The translations under genes and the position numbers were made by a program. The notes below the pieces were generated by a model that was given only the letters and a program-made list of their open reading frames with translations, did no database searches and was not told the DNA's origin. Source: Octopus bimaculoides (Eukaryota). From it: 64,000 nucleotides of DNA. Every line of letters starts with the position of its first letter. Position 1 is the first letter of the stretch. This document shows, one piece after another, positions 14,205 to 25,486 of the stretch. The stretch covers positions 42,271,523 to 42,335,522 of the forward strand of contig NC_068991.1 of assembly GCF_001194135.2 (NCBI RefSeq), in the 5' to 3' direction.

Positions 14205-15546
14205 GTTATTATATCCACTGAGGTAGATTTTCTATGCTCAATGACCTTTCTGTTGCCAACCCTCACTTGTTTCCAAACAAGGTTATGCTTTCTTGGTAGG
14301 AGTCTGGCATATTTTTCAGGAAAGACCAGAGACAGACATCACAAGCATTACTGTCATAACACTCATTTGCAACTATCACATGATGTCAAGACAAGGAGAC
14401 ATTAGCACACACACACACACTATATATGCATACAAAGAGGTGCTGAAAAGTTCCTCATTTTGGGTAAAAGAAAATACAAGAGGATCAGTTAATTATGATT
14501 TTATTCAACATATTTCCCTCTTGGATTCACACATGTATTGTAGTGGGCCTTCAGTTTTTCTAAACCCTGTAGAAGAACTTGGAAGATTAGGTCTCCAACT
14601 AGGCCTTTCGCAATACCCTTAAAGCCAGGAACTTTTCAGTACCCCCTCGTATATAAGCAAGAGTTTTCTTTCAGTTTCTGTTAACCAAATCCACACAAGG
14701 CTTTGGTTAGTCCAGGGCTATAGCGAAAGACACTTGCCCGAGTCACATAGTGGTACTGAACCTGAAACAACTTGGTTGGGAAGTAAGCTTCTTACCTACA
14801 CAACCATGCTGCATCTAATATATTTATATTATTATATTAGTAAGAGTGGATTTCATCATCGTGTAAACTATCAAATAAACATAGGATACTCTTTCTACAA
14901 ATAACTAATTGATCATAAAGTAAGAGCAACATATTTTTACCAATGAACAAGTGATGAGTTAAAAATTTTACTCAGTCTTACTACAGAAATTCAGTTGTGT
15001 TTCTGGCAAGAATACATTGCTGTTTGATTTAGCAACAGAAAGGGAATCCGACATTTTTATCAAATGTTTATTGAGATTCATGGCTGTGTATTAAATCACT
15101 ATTTGGAAACATAAAAAGTATAACATATTTCAAACCATAAATAATTAGATGAATACACTTACCTGGGCAACATAACCCCGTTTACCAGGAAGAATTTTGG
15201 TCTTTATATTCAACTCATATTTAAAGTATCCCTTTTGCATTGCTTCATTCCATTTTTCAATAATTATTTTATCAAACTAAAATGAAAGAAGTGGAAAATT
15301 CCAATATGTAAGAAATATTTGCAAATATCTCCTTACACACTTCAGTGGTTATTCAATTGTAGCTGATAACAGTGATTGAAACCTATGGAAACATTGGTTT
15401 AGAGCAGGTATGGGTAACCTTTCTTGAAAAGCAGATCACACAAGACATGGTTCATCATCAGGTATGCCACACTGCAAAAAAGTTTTAGGTAATTTTGGGC
15501 TAGGTATGCCATTCAGAAAGTACTTAAGGTGCAGTTTGCCCAATGA

Positions 15547-15599
<53 letters not shown>

Positions 15600-16446
15600 T
15601 GATGATGATCATCATCATCATCATCATCATCGTCGTCTAAGGTCCGCTTTCCATGCTGGCATGGGTTGGACAATTTGACTGAGGACTGGCAAACCAGATG
15701 GCTGCACGAGGCTCCAATCTGATCTGGCAGAGTTTCTACAGCTGGATGCCCTTCCTAACGCCAGCCACTCCGAGAGTGTAGTGGGTGCTTTTATGTGCCA
15801 GCGGTAGGAGGGCCAGTCAGACAGTACTGACAATGGCCACACTCAAATGGTGTTTTTTACATGCCACCTGCACAGGAGCCAGTCCAGCAGCACTGGCAAC
15901 AACCTCGCTCCTATTTGCCTGATACAAAAAACAGCAGTCTGGCACTGTACATACAAGCATTCAGTGTGAGAAAGAATTAAATACTATGAAAAGAAATATG
16001 GGAATAAGTAGTGCTTTTGAGCTCCAAACTTACACTGACTTAAATCCTACTGGAATCAGAACAGCTAACACTATAGTTTTATGTCACTACACTGGACTAT
16101 ACTAAAATACAAGTCTAGAATATATTGAAGTTATAGTGTTCTAGTATTTTATTTTTATTTATTCCATACAACTGTTTACAACAACAGGAATTGTAGCAGC
16201 AGAGACATCTAGAAAATGTCTCAGCAGAGTGCTAATCAGCAGAAAAGTCTCTTAACAAACAATTTGTTTGCCAAACAAGTTATCCTGAAACAATTGATTC
16301 TTCAAGTAATTTGACTTTAAGAAATCTATAGAATACTCTATAATTATTTTACTTTCAAAACTTACCTTACTTAATGGTATTTCTTTATATTCTGAACAAC
16401 CAGGAAGACTCCAATGAAATTCTTGAGGGTTGTAAATGAATTCCAT
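6790..16446 (-). CDS. GDPGP1: GDP-D-glucose phosphorylase 1 (VTC2-like HIT-family), 5 coding exons, 3' part lies left of the window
   Basis: Exons 16446-16366, 15276-15163, 13267-13106, 9334-9248 and 6848-6790 join in frame via GT-AG introns to give [27 protein letters not shown]|[38 protein letters not shown]|[54 protein letters not shown]|[29 protein letters not shown]|[20 protein letters not shown]. This is collinear with remembered GDPGP1 motifs (LPGxxGFVAQLN, FDPxxFNFNKI, INVSPLExGHxLxVP, LLSxHP). Confidence 0.93.
7966..8185. mobile_element. piggyBac-type MITE
   Basis: TTAA on both sides (7962-7965, 8186-8189); termini CCCTTCAGCATT...AATGCTAAGGGG; non-coding. Confidence 0.75.
9248..9334 (-). 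CDS. GDPGP1: GDPGP1 coding exon 4 ([29 protein letters not shown])
   Basis: 87 nt; acceptor ttttgtag, donor CAG|gtgaga; INVSPLE.GH.L.VP motif. Confidence 0.93.
13106..13267 (-). CDS. GDPGP1: GDPGP1 coding exon 3 (LNPLRF...PHDK)
   Basis: 162 nt within ORF 12845..13360; acceptor taacaag, donor AAG|gtaaga; motif RRKPQ.I.SV.Q.FDP..FNFNKI...EVL. Confidence 0.93.
13366..14135 (-). mobile_element. Cluster of four tandem tRNA-derived SINEs (family A, head GGCGGCGAGCTGGCAGAA...GAGTTCAAATT)
   Basis: Four same-orientation copies (about 13366-13580, 13600-13815, 13822-13995, 14040-14135) separated by (AAT)n; A/B-box-like head. Other copies at about 4180-4400, 5543-5757, 6957-7135, 10427-10635, 16890-17040, 19310-19531, 43160-43372, 52895-53080 and 59068-59280 (-), and 44270-44490 and 54026-54130 (+). 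Confidence 0.8.
14433..14649. mobile_element. mariner-type MITE (TIR GAGGGGGTACTGAAAAGTTCCT)
   Basis: About 25-bp TIRs flanked by TA; same family at 48774-48982 and a truncated reverse copy at about 46735-46894. Confidence 0.75.
15163..15276 (-). CDS. GDPGP1: GDPGP1 coding exon 2 (FDKII...GYVAQ)
   Basis: 114 nt; acceptor ttttag, donor CAG|gtaagt; motif W...G.F.Y.L...TKILPG..G.VAQ. Confidence 0.93.
16366..16446 (-). CDS. GDPGP1: GDPGP1 coding exon 1 ([27 protein letters not shown])
   Basis: ATG at 16446-16444 with an in-frame TAA just upstream; acceptor tttttacag at 16464 gives 17 nt of UTR; donor AAG|gtaagt, phase 0. Confidence 0.82.
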
Positions 16447-17317
16447 CAATCTTTAAGAAAATGCTGTAAAAAGTTTCCAATTTTAAAAATATTTCAAACA
16501 AAATTACACATCTATTAAAAAGGGGGAAAGTTGGTAGAATGATAAGGTACCAAATTAAATGCTTTACAATATTTCAGTCTGTCTCTTTAATTTCTGATTT
16601 TAGATCTTCCAAAATAAATTGGAAACTTTTGGCCACCTGTAAGATTTAACAGGATTAATAAATAACCTATGTGATTTGGCTGTGATCCTGCTACAGATTT
16701 GGATTTGATTGCCTATGTTCAGTTCACTGCAGGACAAAAGGTTTCAGCATATTCTCTCCACCAATCACAGTCTGATGTGGAGGCTGTGAATTTGAGCTTG
16801 AGATCATACTGATTTGATAAGCCTAGTGCCACATTGGCTTAACATGGCTTGAGAGAAGGATACAGTTTTTATACTCCTACCTAAGAGTAATTAACGCGAT
16901 TACATTGATCCCCAGTGCTCAACTGATACTTATTTTATTAACCTTGAAAAGATGAGAGGCAAGAATTGGAACTCCGAATGTAAGGATGGATGAAATACCG
17001 CTAAGCATTTCAACCAGCATGCAAACAATTCTGCCAGTTCAATTTATAGACTGGTAAATCAGATTGTAATCTTTTTATCGTTTAGCTTGTTTTGGCATTT
17101 TGAAATATTTGCTCTGTTTCCAGATATAAAGACACCAACTTTGTTATAAATTAGCTATGATTAACCCTGAATTCACATATATTGGCACTGAAAAAGTTAC
17201 TCTTGGTAGCTATTTGGTCATTGGGACTGGATATATATATGCAGCTAATTTCAGAATCTTTTGTAGTAGGTACTCTAATAATGTAACAAAGTGTAGGGTG
17301 AGATTTGGCATTGTAAT

Positions 17318-17780
17318 CATCATCATCATTGTTTAACGTCCGCTTTCCATGCTAGCATGGGTTGGACGATTTGACTGAGGACTGGTGAACCGGATGGCTG
17401 CACCAGGCTCCAATCTGATCTGGCAGATTTTCTACAGCTGGATGCCCTTCCTAATGCCAACCATTCCGAGAGTGTAGTGGGTGCTTTTATGTGCCACTGC
17501 CATGAGGGCCAGTCACATGGTACTGGCAACGGCCACGCTCAAAATAGTGTTTTTTATGTGCCACCTGCACAGAAGCCAGTCCAGCGGCACTGGCAATGAC
17601 CTCACTCGAATGATTTTCTAACGTGCCACCGGCACAAGTGCCAGTAAGGCGACGCTGGTAACGATCATGCTCAAATGGTATTATTTATGGGCCACTAGCA
17701 CGGAAGCCAGACAGCTGCCCTGGCAATGGTCACACTCGGACAGTGCTGTTCGTGTTCCACTGGCACAGGTGCCAGTCATC
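17318..17780 (-). mobile_element. RTE 3'-end copy (RTE-tailed short element) with (ATC)n tail
   Basis: Matches the 3'UTR of the 651-2792 LINE (GGAAGGGCATCCAGCTGTAGAAA...CATGGAAAGCGGACGTTAAACGATGATG). About 15 more copies, e.g. 8985-9175, 9880-10090, 12000-12260, 12665-12930, 15600-15910, 23950-24330, 33460-33620, 35160-35600, 47340-47830, 50400-50545, 54380-54560, 61560-61780 and 63030-63150. Confidence 0.8.
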
Positions 17781-17861
17781 GAATATGGGTTGTAATGAAC
17801 TGTTTGATATTGTTGACACTACACACTAGAGATGATTGTCATATTCCTTTCAATATATGGC

Positions 17862-17906
<45 letters not shown>

Positions 17907-20808
17907 CAGTGTTGGTGGTGGTGAATGGCCTCTTAAACTAGATTCAAAATATAATGTGCGGCCTCATAAATTGTCCTTCACAGCACAGATCAATTTACTA
18001 AAGCAAAGTGACATGCATCAAAATAAAAAGACAAAAATAACTGTAGTGACATTTTTGTTCTAAGCTATGTGACCATTCTTGCTCTTCTCAATGAGAGAGG
18101 GGGAGAGAGAGAGACTATCATAAAAACTAACATAGAGAAATGTTCAAAATATACACTGAAATGCAAACGTAAATGTCTCCAAATGAAGAGGGCTTTATAA
18201 AGGACTGGTGTAGGTTTTTCATTCAATTGCTTTAATACTGGTACTATGGCTGTAATAGGCTTGCCACCTTCTTATAGGTACATTTCCCAAAAGATTTCAT
18301 ACCTGACAGCTAGATGAACAGATATGTGTAAAATTAAACATCTTTTCCAAGTTTACAACAAAAGACATCAAAATTTGACCTCAAAATCTATAAGCTTGTA
18401 GTCAGTTGCTTATTTTGCCTATCAAAATGTATTGAAGGTTTAAGAAGGCTTCAGATTCTTCTCAATCAGAGATTACTTTTCATTCTCTACAGTTGAAATT
18501 ATTAGCATATCGGTTCTCAATAAAGCAAAGTTGATTGCCATTCTCACTGTGGATTATAACTTCCAGTCCTCTATGAACTTTTCAGAGACATATCATGAGG
18601 TGCAGGCATGGCTTCCCAAACATGTGATTCTGGGTTCAGTCCCACTATGTGGAACCTTGGGCAAGTGTCTTCTGCTATGGCCTCAGGCTGACCAAAGCCT
18701 TGTGAGTAGATTTTGTAGAAGGAATGTCAAAGAAGCCCGTCATGTGTGTGTGTTTGTTTGTGTCTGCACCTGTGCCCCACCACCGCTTGACAACTGGTGT
18801 TGGTGTGTTTATGTCCTATTAACTTAGCTGTTCAGTAAAAAAGATCAATAGAATAAGTACAAGACTTGGAAAAAAAAAAAGTACTAAGTACTTGGGTCAA
18901 TTCATTCAACTAAAATTTTTCACGGCAGTGCTCCAGCATAGCCACAGCCTAATGACTGAAACAAGATAAAAGATACACACGCACACTTTCTCTTCCTCCC
19001 TCTCTCTCTGGCCTATACTTTCCATTTCCTTTATCTTCTTGCTTTGTTTTATACAGTAATGTCTCAATATATGAATTAATTTCTTCTAGATACTGCTCGA
19101 AAAGTGAAAACTTACACAGCAGAGCAATAATTTCCCACAGCAGCAATGTATTAAATTGTAATTCGTTTCCAGAAAAATATTTTACCTATAAAATTTATAA
19201 TACTCATAGATAAATGGCAATGAAACAACAGTGGAATGTAAAGAATATTTTATATAAAGTAAAAAGAATGTCAAGATCATTTATAATAAAAAAATATCTA
19301 TTTCTTTATTGCCTACAGGGGGCAAGAAATAGAGGAGACAAACATGGACAGACAAAAGGATTAAGTCGATTACATTGACCCCCATGTGTAACTGGCACTT
19401 ATTTAATCAACCCTGAAAGGATGAAAGGCAAAGTCAACCTTGGCGGAATTTGAACTCAGAACCTAACAGCAGACAAAATACCACTAAGTATTTCGCCTGG
19501 TATGTTAATAATTCTGCCAGCTCGCCGCCCTAAAAGAATAAAAAATATTATTATTATAATCGTTTTCTGAATCACTTTCAGTCACACAAGACTTGCACAC
19601 ACCATCACTTGTAGATGCAATCGCTGCTTTGTAAGCACTCATAGATAGACTTGTAGATTTCTTTTCAAAAATAAGTCTAGAGTTGTTTGCTTAGAAGAAG
19701 CTTCTTTTCCCTCTATAAATTTCTCAGTAACATGCAGAAGCATTTGTTATGGTAGTTGAAAATTTTGCACTCTGCTCAAAATTTGGATCTTGTGCTATAA
19801 AATAAAACTTGTAAATCCAGGTTTTGTAAAGTGAGGTATTACTGTACTTTCTCTTTCTTTTATCTCTCTCTGTCACTCTCTGCCACATCTCTTTCACCAT
19901 TATAATACTACCAACATTTTTCAAGCTTCCCTTTCTCATTCTCCTTCTCTATTATCTGCTTCACAATTAATCTCATTGTTAATCCCAGCTTGATATTATG
20001 AAATAGTATCGGAAGTCCTCATCTTATTCCACCTCCACTTCTCATCTTTTATTTATCTATCTCCACTCTTCATTAAAAGCACAGCCACTCCTGCCATTGT
20101 TCTTTATTGTCTTGTACTTGTTACTGTTGTTGTTGTTGTTGTCCTCCAGATACTACTCTAATCATTTTAACCTCTCTTACTGTGATCCTCTTTCATTTCA
20201 TCAGGAACTTTAAATATCACTATAAAATCGTTTTATGACAAAAGTGATAAATGTCAACCTTACAAAATTTCAACACAGTTTTACAATGATGCAATATTTT
20301 CACATGTGAATGCATAGAATGTCATTAAACCTGTAACACTTTTAAGAGTGCAGCAAAAGTTAGTGCATCATGTTTGTAGATCTAGCATATGGTCAAAACA
20401 AAGATTTTGAAAGATTCCTCAAAAACCAGAAAGTATATCAAGTGCAAGAACTGACAGAGAAAGTTAAATTATCTCAAGAAGACAATCCTCTATGTAAATT
20501 ATTTTAGATTACTGCAAAAATGTGCATTGAAATGGTTCGTTAAATTAATGAAAAAGAACCATAGTTTCAGTCTTTAAGATGTCATGTTCATGGTGCAGAA
20601 TAATCTTATTACAGTGAAATTACAAAGTTATAAACAAGATGATATATATAAAAGCAATAGATGCATCAAGCAGTGTGGCAAATGCAAAAGCTGCAAGTGT
20701 TCCATTGACAGGTAGCACAACAGATGGTATGGAAGTCAAACAGATGAAAGAATAAACATTATTTATTAAGAGCGGTGTAGTTCGCTTGAAGCATTGTAGT
20801 ACCAAAGA

Positions 20809-21086
20809 AGGGAAAGAAAAGGGAAAATAAGAAAGCTCCTGACAATGTGGAAAGTTTTATAGAAATCTTTATATTTCAGGCACAAAGGCCCATCTTCAGA
20901 AAGAAACAGTCTGGGAACTGTCCAGTTACACAGGTTCAGGAGTCTGTGTAGGGTAACAGAACCTGTGTAACTGGACACTTCCCAGACTCTTTCCTTCTGA
21001 AGATGAGCCTTAGCACCTGAAATTTAAAGGTTTTGTAAAACTTTCTACATTGTCAGAAGCTTTCTTATTTTCCCTTTTCTTTCCCT
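20809..21086. repeat. Imperfect palindrome, about 129-bp arms, 21-nt loop
   Basis: 20809-20937 pairs with 20959-21086. Confidence 0.88.
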
Positions 21087-21609
21087 ATTATTTACCATTT
21101 TGTATTTTGTATTTTATCTGAAAATATTTTGTTAATAAACTAAAAATAGCTAATTTATATAAAATAACTTCCACCTTTTCATTCATTTTATGGTATTTTT
21201 CTTCTACAATGTTCATTTTTAAATATAATTTCAAGAATTACATGCTATCCCTATATTTTTTCTTTTATTTGTAATGAAAATAGTTAACTGATAGATAAAC
21301 TTTCAAAATATACCAGTTCATCTCTTCTTTATTCGTCCTTAAATATGAATTTTATAAGTATTACCTGAAAAACTGGACCAATTCAATCCCTAAACAGTTC
21401 AGATTTCTACTGTAGTTCTGTGTCTAATCCAGTATTACTATATTTGCTAGATTTCCACATCAATGGGGGTCTAAAAGTTTTGTTCTTGCATGGCTAAATT
21501 GCTGATTTTCTTCAGCCAATGGAGTCTAGGTAGCCTCCCAAAGCAGTACTTCATGAAGGTCTAGATCTTTAGGGTCGCTTTTGTATATCACACTATCCAA
21601 ACCCTAATA

Positions 21610-21827
21610 TTGGGTTGCCCGGGAAGTTCGTGCCGATTTTTAAAGGAAAGAAAAAGGTCAATAAATACTTGCCATTACATTTTTAATCAACCAAATATGA
21701 ACCATTTTGTTGCACAATGCATCTCCATCTTTCCTTTAACTTGAAAATCCCCTCTTGAGGTGGTTTCATGGCAAATAAGTCATAAAGTAAGCTACTATAA
21801 ATCGGCACAAACTTTCCGGACAACCCT

Positions 21828-21829
<2 letters not shown>
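21610..21829 (-). mobile_element. Internally deleted mariner (MITE retaining the transposase C-terminus)
   Basis: About 30-bp TIRs (TTGGGTTGCCCGGGAAGTTCGTGCCGATTT / AAATCGGCACAAACTTTCCGGACAACCCTA); minus strand 21751-21683 reads GIFKLKERWRCIVQQNGSYLVD*, a typical mariner C-terminus. Confidence 0.8.
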
Positions 21830-21866
<37 letters not shown>

Positions 21867-22066
21867 TAAATGTGAAATACACATACATTAATTTATTTAT
21901 TTATTCTGTCTAAATGTAAAATGTAAAATATTCTGTCATAAACGTAAAATACACATCCATTAATTTCTTTATTCTGCATGGGTTGGACAAGATAATACAT
22001 ACAGGTTCCAAGTAGTTTCACACTCATTACTCTCTGTGCATAAAGCAGACATGATACGGACTGCAC

Positions 22067-22606
22067 TAGTGGTTCTCAACTGGGATCCATATAAGATTTT
22101 GCAGTTATAATTTATATACAATAAATTGATTTTACTTCTACAATGCACAAAAATATTTGAACAATTTTTTTAATGCAATTTCTAATAATATTTAATAATA
22201 AAAATATAACAGGATTTTTTTAAACACTGAATGGCTATGAAGGTCTACCCAAGCAAAATAGAAATCAAAACACACCAACACCAGTTGTTAAGCGGTGGTG
22301 GGGCACAGGTGCAGACACAAACAAACACACACACATGACGGGCTTCTTTGACATTCCTTCTACAAAATCTACTCACAAGGCTTTGGTCAGCCTGAGGCCA
22401 TAGCAGAAGACACTTGCCCAAGGTTCCACATAGTGGGACTGAACCCAGAATCACATGTTTGGGAAGCCATGCCTGCACCTCATGATATGTCTCTGAAAAG
22501 TTCATAGAGGACTGGAAGTTATAATCCACAGTGAGAATGGCAATCAACTTTGCTTTATCGAGAACCGATATGCTAATAATTGGACCCTTTTGATTGAGAA
22601 CCACTG
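22067..22606. mobile_element. hAT-type MITE (TIR CAGTGGTTCTCAA) interrupted by a 314-bp inserted segment
   Basis: TAGTGGTTCTCAA at 22067 and TTGAGAACCACTG ending at 22606; degenerate 8-bp TSD GACTGCAC / CACTACAC (6 of 8 match). Confidence 0.6.
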
Positions 22607-23165
22607 CACTACACCATAGAGTCACCTACATACATGCAGGAATACATCAATGATGTAAATGCTTCCAAATTTCCAATCATTAAGTGAGAGATCATGAAGT
22701 GTGAAGCAAATTCACATACAAGTAGTGTTATAAACGGCAGTTATATTCTCAATTGTAACAACTATTATGACTATTCCAAGATTGTCATGGTTATTCATTA
22801 AATTTTCCAGTAATTGTACCATGAAGTGTGATAAGGTAATCTAATTACAATGATAAAGTTTTAGTTCTGAAATCTCTCTAAGAGATCAACATAGTAGTTG
22901 TACTAACAAGTAATGTTTGTAGCCACTTCAACATGGCTGTCTGTTCAAACGGACTTTACTGCAATTTTTTAACCCCAAGAGAACATCTACTCTAGCTGGT
23001 TAATGATGCACAGCAGCATTCAAGATATTGCAAACAGGGGAGCAAACCCCTACCACCTTCTAGCAATGGGACCAGCAGACCAGCCTGGTTTCGGGCTATT
23101 TCTGCCTCTCTTCAGTTTTGGATACCCCATTTGCTAGAGATGATAAAACTACAAACAATGAAAAG

Positions 23166-25436
23166 CAAGTGTTTTCTACTATATAACCCGGGCTAACTAA
23201 TACCTTGTGAATGGATTTGGTAGACAGAAACTGAAAGGAGCTGGTCTCATTCAGAAGTATACGCATATTGAGTTCTACACCATGTTATTAGTACTGCAAT
23301 ATCTAAACGAGTAAAACACACACACGTGTGTGTCCCCTACACCCCACTGCTTAACAACTGGTGTTGATTTGTCTTGGTAACTTAGTGGTTCAGCAAAAAG
23401 AGTCAGATAGAATACCAGAATTTAAAAATGTATACTGGGGTAGAATTATGCTACATTATTAAAAATAAAATCAACCAGTAGTTAGCAACTACATATTTTA
23501 ATGAGCAATGTTGTGTTAAAATAGAGTAGGTTAGTGATTGAAAGGGTGAATTACTATAAAAGTTTGAAAGATTGAAAGAATAGCAGAGAGAACAAGAATA
23601 CAATAAGTGCCTGATACCAACATGTAAACTGACTGAGTGATCAAATACTTACAAAGTCATTATCAAAACAGTTTGTGATAATTAAACTTTTAAAGTAATC
23701 ATTAAGAATGTTTGGCACTTTATTTTGAGCAATTAACTCTTAAGTTTCCATTTCCATGGCTTTTGTAAAAGTATTTCTATCCTCCCCCTTAACTCTCTCC
23801 CACCTTCCTTGTCCTATAAGTGTAACCAAGTATCTCTTCTATAGTAAAACAGCTATCTCTGTCCCTCTATCATATTCTAACCTCTTTCCCAGCACATAAC
23901 CACTTCCCTTGATCCCACTCCCTCTCTTAGCTAAGAGGTCTTTGTCTTATAAGTTACTTGGCATCCCCATGGGTGCTGTGCCACAAAAAAGCACCTGTGC
24001 TGGTGCCACATAAAAAGCACTCATGCTGGTGTCACATATATAGCACCCATGCTGGTGCCACGTAAAAGGCACCCAGGCTGGTGTCACATAAAAAGAACTC
24101 ATGCTGGTGTCACATAAAATGTACACAGTATACAGTACATTCTGTAAAGTGATTAATGTTAGGAGGAGCATCTAGCCATAAAAACCATACAAGAACAGAC
24201 ATTGGAGCCTGGTGCAGTCCTCTGGCTTGCCAGCTCCTATCAAACCATCCAACCCATACCAGCATGGAAAATGGACGTTAAATGATGATGATGGTGATGT
24301 TGGTGGTGGTGATGATGATGATGATGATGATGAAATTAAAATTAGATATTGTTAAGCAGGACCATCGTGTATGTGCATATGCATAAACATCATTATCATT
24401 TTATGTCTTCTTTCTATGCTGGTATGAGTTGGGGGAGTCGTCCTGATCTGAGTCGCTGCCTTCTGGGAGTTACAACACCAAAACACTAGGTGCTCATGAG
24501 TGTTTTATGACTTAGTTTCTATAGCTGGATGCCGTTTCTAATGCTAACCACTTTACAGTGTGAACAACGGGTGGGGTGATGCCTCGTACACAGTAAATGT
24601 AAATTCGGAGAAGGAATAATGACAACAGAGAGGCTAGAAGTGGTTATTAGGTAGTAGGGGAATGGGTATGAGTGTGCATTCACAATTATAATGTTTAAAT
24701 CTGTTAAATAAATAAAACTAATGTGCAAGTCTCCAGTTAAAAAATTTCCAATAATGATTTCTTACATTGGTACAATGGGAAAAAATTTGCAGGAGAAATT
24801 ATTTATGCAATTGCCCCAAGTAGTTGTTTTGTATTCATTTTATTAATGTCAAAGAGATTTAAAATTAAAAAGTTGAGAGATGAAATTAAATACTGTTACT
24901 GCTATGTCAAATAATATTTTTTGTGATGCCAATCACATCTACATATTAAATACTGTTACTGTCACGTCAATACTTTTTGTGATGCCAATCACATCTACAT
25001 AGGAAGTAGTGATTAAGTTCGATTTCGTTTATTTTTTCAAGAGTCCTTCCACATAAACAAAAATTTAGCAGTAATATTTGTGGGTGAAGATTATACTTAT
25101 ATAGCGTGCAGCGTGTTTTCTTTGTTTTGTATTTGCAATGATAAAAAAATTAGTTAATTAAAAATAGACCTGGTTCGCTCGGAAGTACTGCAATTATTAG
25201 CAGCAGAGTTTGAAACTACTGTAGTTTGGCACAGAACACATTTACTGACGATGAGGTAAGGCCAGTCACTCTGACTGGCGAAAATAACACGACTTAGCTT
25301 CCCAGTTCGGCTGGTTCGTGTATTCATCGCTTAATTTTGGCGTAAATGTTGCCCGAACTTTTAAATAACGCACGCAACATTTTCTGAACATGCTACGAAT
25401 GCGTGCAGCAGCGGAAATACTTTCACAGCATTATCG

Positions 25437-25486
<50 letters not shown>

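Larger units (their letters stand above)
18497..22581. repeat. 314-bp inverted duplication (18497-18810 / 22268-22581), about 99% identical
   Basis: The ORF track gives identical translations on opposite strands; two mismatches seen by eye. Confidence 0.92.

Noticed and set aside
21365-21520. Minus-strand segment ending in CAG|GTAATA as a GDPGP1 upstream exon
   Set aside because: All frames have stops and no convincing acceptor is present; it could only be UTR and cannot be supported from sequence alone.
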